Below, one piece after another: positions 55,901-64,000 of a stretch of 64,000 nt of DNA. Position numbers and translations under genes: made by a program. Location: contig OZ234493.1 in assembly GCA_965153455.1 (NCBI GenBank), forward strand, positions 23,302,213-23,366,212, written 5' to 3'. The notes beneath the pieces are model-generated. The model did no database searches, was not told where the DNA came from, and saw nothing but the letters and a program-made list of their open reading frames with translations. The DNA comes from Sphagnum compactum (lineage: Eukaryota). How positions within the stretch are numbered: position 1 is the first letter of the stretch; each line of letters opens with the position of its first letter.

Positions 55901-57700
55901 CAAGATTGAAACATAAACCATCATCTATTACAAAATTTTAACAAAAAATATTTTTCAGATTTTCATCATGATGCATGAAATTTAGATAGGTACTAAAAAT
56001 TGTCAAATTATAACAATTTTTTGTGTACACTATATAACATGCAAACCCCTTGCACTGTGTTTAAAGCATTAAAATAGCTCTAGGCATTACGAAAGGAAAT
56101 GTAGATTGTTAACTTAAAATTTGACCTCAAAAATGTTGTCCTAAGTTTTTTGTGTTTTATGTAAATTTTGTTTATGCATATTGTTATGTGCGCATAATAC
56201 AAAGAAAAATGGCTCTTTTTCATTTTGATTGGATCTTGTTAATTTTTTTGGTTTGTATGGAATTGGGAACACAATGGTAGAAAAAGAAGGTAGATGATAG
56301 GAAGATTTGTTATCATCATTGTCACCTGAGCAAAACAGTGTAGTAGGCAACAAAAGTTAAGTAAAAAAAATCACCTCTTAAAACGTTTTCCATATATTTT
56401 TTCATTCTTTTGGTTTTTTTAGAGGTGACTGCCTAAACGATAATTTTATTACATGGAAAATTTACCATTCTTGGATTTGGTATTCTTTCTTTAAAATTTT
56501 TGGGATATTTTTCTCATAATGTTTTTCATTATGATGGTCTGTTTGGTAGCTTAAGCAAGAGGTAATTTCGTTATGTGACAAAATAAACACCAACAGATTT
56601 ATTCAGTCCTTCTCCTTTATTGAATTGAATTCCACCTTATTATTTCAATGATAGTAGCATTAGAACATTGAAAACTAATTTCATTGTATAGTACTTTTTT
56701 AGTAAGTCTTTTGTGTGTATTCATTACATCGAACTTCATTAACTACTTTCTAAATAATTGTAATATAGTAACAAGGTAATAGAACCATTTTTTTAATTAA
56801 TTAATTATTTTCAGCATTACTTTTAGGAAGGAGGATAATTATCGAACCTTTTGTTTAGGCCTATTTATAGTCTTCATCGTGGTGATTATTGCCTATTGCA
56901 TATTGCAATAGGACTAACTACAACACACTATTACCTTCAAGTACAATTCAAGAAATAAAATGAAATGCAATAACAAAAACATTGAGTTCATCCATAATTG
57001 TCAAGACCTTTAAGCTCTTCCTTAAACCTCCAAGGTTTGAACTCAATTAAAGGTTTGAAAGTTTCAACATAAGCTTGGGATAAGGGGTGGATAGGGCTTA
57101 ATTCAAATTCCTTTTAATTTAATTTTTTTTTGTAATTTTACTTTTGAAATCAATTTTTTAAACTTGGAAGGTAGGTTTGAAACCAAATCAAACTTGCCAT
57201 GTGTCCTTAAATTATTTTTTCAAATACCAATACCAATACCATAATCAATGTGTTCATAGATCCCCATGTTTTTTTGCCTTGTGGAATGTTTTTATTGGGT
57301 GCACATGCATTGAATTAAGGTTAGGTTTAATCCCATAAGTTCAACATCTTTAAAAATTAGATTCTGAAACTTAAAGTTTAAAGATAAAACTCAATATGGA
57401 GGTGCCAAGGGATTCAAAAACATGGAACATGTTTGAATATAAGTGGTACTAATAAACCTTCTAGTACCATTAATACCACCATCATCACCATCATAAGAAA
57501 GGGAATTGTTATATTTGGATTCGGATTTTACTACCATGTAACTTTAGATTATTCCACCATTGTTGTGAGACACATATGAGATTTATGGAGTCACAAAGAA
57601 GCCCCATTGATATTTGGAAGTTATTGGCATCATTGAACTAAATGATTTCATCAAGGAATTTCACAACTAATGTCATATGGAACAAATGAATAATTCATTT

Positions 57701-57845
57701 CACTATGAGAAAACCATGTCTATTGCAACTTGTCCATTGCAACTAAAAAATGTCCGATGCAATTAAAATATAATTATTTTTAATTGCATCGGACATTTTT
57801 TGGTTGCATTTGACAAGTTGCAATGAACATGCTTTTCTCATAGTG
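57701..57845. mobile_element. CACTA-type MITE (145 bp fold-back) with 3 bp TSD
   Basis: Termini CACTATGAGAAAA and TTTTCTCATAGTG, with arms pairing almost to the centre. TTT flanks both sides (57698-57700, 57846-57848). Confidence 0.88.
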
Positions 57846-58699
57846 TTTGTTCACACATTTCATGGCATGGAAGAGATTATTTTAGCATTTGGAAAGGTTG
57901 TGATGAATGATTACCATAAGTTCAAGCATGTGCATGTAGTTGTGATTGAGGAATGGTCAATGTATTGTCATTCAATTATGTTTCCATCATTGGGGGTATG
58001 ATAGCCCCAAACATTGCTATGATTACAAGTGTAATTGAATAATTCATACTAGCATTTTGACTAATGGAAGTGGGAATGTTAGTGGCACATCCACCAAAAG
58101 TGGTGGTGTTAACCCTTCCACTAGTAAACATGCCTTCATCTTGACATTCACCGTTGTTGTGGAATTTTCCTAAAACTTGGGAAGGAATCACTAAGCGGTA
58201 CGAACGGAAAAGCTATGAAATTTGTAGGAATGTCAACATAAACTACATGAAGCATATGCACCGATGAAAATGTTGATCATTGTGTACACAAGGGGTCATG
58301 TCAAAGCCCATGTTGTCTAATTGTAGTATGGGATTTTGGACGAAGAGTTTTAAGCAACAAATTTGATATGTTTGTTACCTCAACCCACACAACCCACACA
58401 ACCCATATTATTGAGTGTGTTTTAGTTGTTAAAATGCATTGAATTGAACATGATGGAAGAATAGGTGGTGACTTTTGAGTTTAATAAGGATAACTTAAGG
58501 AATTTTTCAACATTGTTAGCTCAACAATTATATGGTTAGCCAAATAAAGTCATGCCACAAAAGATGAAAAGGACTAAATCGAAACTAGGCAATGTGTCCT
58601 CATCATATTCCATTGATTAAGGTGGAGAAAATAAGTTTTGGAGGTGTGATGGGCTTTATTGGGAAAAAAAGTGCCTTAATCCACCTTGAACCCCACCTC

Positions 58700-59720
58700 T
58701 AACCTTAATTTAAATCAACCAATTTCCCATTGTAAAGTTTATTGCCATGGCCCCATCCCTTTTTCTATTGAATGCAGTCTTGAATGGCTCGAAACATGAA
58801 ACATTTAGTGGTCGTAGAGCATGAGAGGTATGACTTGACAATGTTATCATGTTTAAGCTAAATTGTAGTGCTTATTCTATAACCTTTAATGTGACATGTG
58901 AACCGTGGCCATCTAAGATTAAGAGATGACAATTGGATTGAAATATTCCTCCCATAATTAACCTCTTGAAAAAGGATAGGAACTCTTTGAACAAGAATGA
59001 AGTCATCCATGTTTTTTTTTGCATCACCATACAACTCTATGGTTTGCAACTCTTGATGTAATTGTCACATAATCTTTTTTTCTTAAATATGTAAAATGTT
59101 GGTAGAACTCCTCCACCTATGTTCACATCACAATTCACTATTAATCACTCTTTAGATCTTGGAATTGTGTTACATACCTATTGGGATCTTCATTTTGCTA
59201 ACATTTTTGTTCCGCTTTGCTTGCCTGTTTGAACTCTAATCTCATCAAAGTTCCAAATGTGGTATGCTTTGTACTTGTGCTTATTGTACAACATTTCCAA
59301 GTTGTTGTAAAATGTTTACAACATGCATTACTGGTTAGCCTTCGGGTTCTACAAACCTCAATGCCTTCTGCTTGACAAATGTTAAGTTCAAGGTGGCGAT
59401 GTTTGAACCAATGCCACTAACTATTTTCAAACACTCCATTTCGAGATTGAATAGGCTTGGTTTGAGTCAAATTTTCCACTTTCAACTTCAATTGTTGCAA
59501 GTTGGTAAATAGTCCAACCTTTTGCATTGTGAATGTCTAAGTTATCATGGTAGCATCTTTTTCATCTATGAATAATCCTCCAAATCCCATTTTTGATTCC
59601 TTGTTTGCCTAATCAAATGATTTGAAAAGGAAGATATGGGTATGCTCCAATGCTTATTTGTTTTTTTTAGCGTGGTCATTCCCCTTTCCAATGCATCCAT
59701 TGTTCTTTCTAAATGTTTAT
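58700..59720 (-). mobile_element. Degenerate pogo/Tigger-like (DDE_1, CENP-B type) transposase remnant
   Basis: Broken frames give HTH-like AMDALERG..HWSIP, HIWNFDE, LILDGHGSHVT and SHTSHALRPLNVSCFEPFK. Terminal inverted repeats (TIRs) were not found. Confidence 0.75.
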
Positions 59721-60811
59721 TTGTTCACTTCCTTCTTTCATTAGTTGGAGGAGTTCTATTAACATTTGTTGCCAAATTATGTGTGGCTATTGGTGCATGT
59801 TGGACGTTTTCCTTGTTTGCATTTGATTGTCCTAAACCTCTATTGGGGTTTCATGTGCATGCGAGGCACATTGGGGTTCATGGATGTCCCCTGCTTTTTA
59901 GCCTAAACCTCTAGCAAGTAAAAGGTGTTTGATCTGGCCCTATAAGTGGTATAACCATGCGCCTCCTATGATTACACCAAGATTGCAAAAAAAATGTCAA
60001 ATCAAAGTACAGAAGTAACATGGGATTCTAATATATTGTTAGAATTGATTAAATTGTAAAATTCTTCAAAATCCTCCCAAATTAAATTGAGATCATTTGT
60101 TATGCAGGCCATTGGAGTGTATTTCAAAGTTTGTTAGACTATAACCTATTTTAAACCTCCCTCTTTTTGAACTTGATGCCCCATAGTTTGGAATCCCTAA
60201 TTTTTCTATCCAACAATAGAACAAAAATCTTTTATGTTTGAAGTTGTAAAGTCTATCTAGCAAGCAATTCTAAGCTTATCTCCTCCACCTTCCTCATCTT
60301 TTGCTTTGCATGCTACAATGAAATTTGCAGAGTGCAAGCCCGCAACACCTTCTACTATGACCTTGGGATGAAAAAGACTCCAAACTCCTTTCTTACTTCT
60401 ACCTTGACCTTGGAACAAAAAACAATAATCTTTTCTTTTACTTCTACCTTGCCCTTGCCATCAGAATGCTCCAACTCCTTTAGTGCTTCTACCTTTACCA
60501 AAGCTTTCTGATCCTTTATGTTTCCTCTCAAACTTCTAGCTATAAGGATTAGAATTTTTAGAAAGGCTTGCAATTCATCCTTCACCTTCTCAGCTAGACT
60601 AGACATGCGTGTAAAACAAAAAAAAGGTATGAATTCCAAGGAGAATTAGATTTGAGTTGTATTCACATTTTTTCCATGAACTTGCTTGTTGTATTTTTGG
60701 AGGGGATTCAATGTCCCCAAATTTGGGGGGAATTTGCATTTTATGGCCTTTAAGGTGACCATAAATGTCTTAATCTCTAGGATCTCTAGTTTGCTGTTGT
60801 GTTTGATAGCT

Positions 60812-61103
60812 GAACCCTAACAAGAGTTCTATTTCTTGCCTTTGTGTGTTCATATTCCCTTGTTAAAACCAAAAAATGAATACAACAATGGTGGTCGATT
60901 TGTTTTTGAACCCTAACAAGAGTTCTATTTCTTCCCGTTGTGTGTTCATATTCCCTTGTTAAAACCAAAAAATGAATACAACAATGGTGGCCGATTTTTT
61001 TTTGAACCCTAACAAGAGTTCTATTTCTTCCCTTTGTGTGTTCATATCCCCTTGTTAAAACCAAAAAATGAATACAACAATGGTGGCCAATTTGTTTTTG
61101 AAC
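60812..61103. repeat. 96 bp tandem repeat x3
   Basis: 'gaaccctaacaagagttctatttctt' at 60812, 60908 and 61004. Confidence 0.92.
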
Positions 61104-61399
61104 TGCACAAAATTACACCCAAAACCGAACAACAAAATCCCAATTCTGCCCCTGATCTCCCCAAATACCAAGCGACGGTATTTTTTATATCGTGCGTTCG
61201 GTCTTGGACTTGTGGATGCACAATGGCTCGATGTTGTGTGTGCGATTGTCGGCTTGGCCTTGACCTAATGGGGTGCTCGGTGGTAGGCCACTGAACGGTG
61301 TCGGGTGTCTCTACCATCGTGGAGCCATCGCACTTTTGCTTTTGTTCTATTTACGCGGGCGGAGTACACGAGAAAGTCCTCGAGTTTGCATTTTACGCT

Positions 61400-64000
61400 C
61401 GCTTAGGGTCCGCTCGCTCAGGGTCGCTCGCTCGCTCGCTCGCTCTTCCGCTGCCGCGCTCTCCCCACCATTCTGCTTGCCGTCGGTGATCTTCGCAACA
61501 CAGCCAACAAGAACGGCAATCTTTTTCCAAGGTTTATCTTCTGTCTAACCTGAAAGTTTTAATGTATCGCCACTTTGCAACCCTCCGTTAGTTTTGTCTC
61601 TTTTGCGAGTGTTCCTTGTGTTTCCCAACGAAATGAGTCGGAGATTGTGTCCGGGGCGAGCTTTTAGGGTTTTCCATTTTTAAAAATTGTGTTGTTGTTG
61701 TTGTTGTTGTTTTTTGGGCCTTCTTTCTGTATGTGTTCTTGTATCTGCCTTCGGATTTCCTTTTTGCCTGGAGGTAGGTGGATTTTATATGAAATCCCGA
61801 AAAGGGAAGGACTGAAAGCTTTGCACACCGAGAGACCGATTATCAGCTTCCCCGCTTGTTTTTCATTGGTTCCTTTCCTCATTTTTCGTCCACACCATAA
61901 AGGGATGTAGATCCTGTCACACCTAATTTTCGTGCCTCTTTGGTTTTGATATATACCACACTCTCAAAGTCACAACTGCGAGCAATTGAGTACGTGAGAG
62001 ATGGATAGTGAAGTCTTCTCAATTACGGTGCGTGTTGCATGGCACCTTGTGCGCTACTTCTAGAAGTCCTGCCTTGATGTTCGGACGCTCGATCTCTGCT
62101 TTGTACTCTTCAGGGTATAACCTAGTCACTGTAGGTGGAGCTGAACTACTTAGTACTTGTCATTTTAAGGTGACTTAGGCTTAGGTTTCAAGATGTGGCT
62201 TATTCTATGAAAATGTGTGGAGCGTTATGGCAATATTTTTTCAGTCTTTAGAGAGGAGGTTACAATGGAACCAGAACTTCAGATTTCTTCCTTTCTGGTC
62301 TTTTGTGGGGCACCACCTAGGATTTTGAGGTTCAGTTTCGATCCAGATGTTGGATCATGACATTTGTTGTAGAGCTGGGGATTTTGTTGGCTGGAAACAT
62401 ATGCAGCCTCTTCAACATCTTTGGTTCAACACTCACAAGGGACAATAGTTTGCTCTTGATGCACTGGCTCAGGTGGTCCCATGGCAGGTCCTTTCTGCAA
62501 GATTGACAATGTGATCTTACACCTTTTCCTGACACCTGCACAATTCTTTGATGCTAAAATGACTGGGCAGCTGCCATAGAATAGTTTGATCATCATGTAA
62601 AGGGTTTTTTTGAGAGCACATCTGGAAGATTCTAAAAGATTGCTCATATCAAGGTTAGTCAGATGACTTGTGTCAGCCTTGCACAAGGCTAGTCATGATG
62701 GTGATAGCCTTTCACTTTGCAAGTGCCATCCACAAGGTTATGACTATAGTCATTCTTGTCATGTTTCCTTCATGTTTCCTTCGCTGGAACTGAAGTTACC
62801 CTCACAAGTTTGTTGCAGCTTGAATAAATGATACTTTTGACTGTTTTTATTAGCTATGTCTTCTGAGTGATAGCCAACACAATGATAAGTCATGCTGTTG
62901 TTTCCAGAGATGTGACAGAAACCCAGGATGCAGATTCTGTAGATTAGTTTCCCTGAAATTTTGGGCTGTTTATTATATACAACACCCACCATTGTGAGCT
63001 GATGACATCAGTGGGTAGTCATGGCTGCTCAACACTGCCATTTATGATGCAGGTGCTGGTCTGATACTTTGTGAGCATCTCTCATGAGGTTATGACCACA
63101 CTCATTGTTGGGTTACCCCCAGAAGTGTCATTGTGGAGATTTCTCTGCAATCTCATAGATATATTGTGTAGTTGGAACTGATATGATGGTTATTTGTTTT
63201 CTCTTCTAGATGTTTTTGAGCTAGCCAACCTCATGGCTGAGTTTTCCCATTACTGCAGGTCTTGTGACAGAAATTTAGTAGTTGGTGAATGTTTGGCATT
63301 AACATACCCATTGCCAGGAACTGCTGAAGTCAATGGGGATGTTATGGTAGGTAGTTGATGCCATACATGTTGCTGTTAAAGGTCCCTGAACATGCGAATG
63401 ACCAGCGCTGTCATTCAAGTTGCACCTCCATTCTGTCTTGTGGTCTTGTTATCTCCTCTCTTTAGGGTGGGGTTTCATCTTTTGCATTCTTGCTGATTTG
63501 TTGTCAGCTCTGAAATATCCATATCCTTATTATACAGTGATCTCTTGGTTCTTTCCAGGTTGACTTAAATCATAAGTATGGAGAAATTTATCCATAAAAG
63601 TCCCAGCAATATATATGTGTGCACATAAGTGCTGAAAATTTCTCACTACTTATATTTATAATATTGCTGGGACTTGTACACTAACACATATGCACATGCA
63701 CACACATGTTGCTGGAACTGACAGAATGGTTACCTTTGTAGTTTTATGGTGGAGTTTTCTCTGCAATCTCATAGATATGTACATAATGCCTCAAATAGGT
63801 ATCAGATCTGGTTGTGACTAGGAGCAAGGATCTCCATTACCAAGAGAATCAGTGTGTATTACAGTTTTTTTGGCTTAGGCTGGGTGGCAGCTCTCATTGC
63901 TGGTGGGTCATAATCTTTGCTTGTAATTTGGTGTTGTCTTGGCTTGCATTCATGGGCACAGAAACTGGTCTGTCTGCACAATGCTTTTTTTCTCCATCAG
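61400..64000 (+). other. Probable promoter, 5' UTR exon(s) and leader intron(s) of a gene continuing beyond the window
   Basis: GC/CT-rich leader with (CTCG)n, candidate donor 'ccaag|gtttat' at ~61531, intron-like sequence and a possible exon at ~63259-63346. The window ends at a polypyrimidine-CAG acceptor. No recognisable CDS. Confidence 0.4.

Noticed and set aside
60355-60639. 94 aa Lys/Glu-rich ORF
   Set aside because: No recognisable family; probably a decayed repeat fragment.

Overview
This is a land-plant nuclear window; intron style and repeat landscape suggest a moss such as Sphagnum (inference only). It contains three apparently intact multi-exon genes: an MLO gene (minus, running off the left edge), XAP5 CIRCADIAN TIMEKEEPER/FAM50 (plus, 34259-41090) and a convergent MAPK-like kinase with a non-TxY activation loop (minus, 42735-49024). 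The 5' non-coding part of a fourth gene probably lies at the right edge. Between MLO and XCT lie three things. First, a ~7 kb co-oriented mosaic of broken gene pieces (VOZ, MINPP-type phosphatase, QTRT2, one unidentified gene), with the QTRT2 block nested between two consecutive MINPP exons. Second, a full-length but inactivated 6.9 kb GC-rich Helitron with both termini. Third, a 411 bp non-autonomous Helitron. Also present are two copies of a Penelope-like (Naiad/Chlamys-type) retroelement plus a solo copy of its 3' repeat with hammerhead-like cores, a CACTA MITE with target-site duplication (TSD), pogo- and Harbinger-like remnants and several tandem arrays. All protein identifications come from manual translation and recalled family motifs, not database searches.
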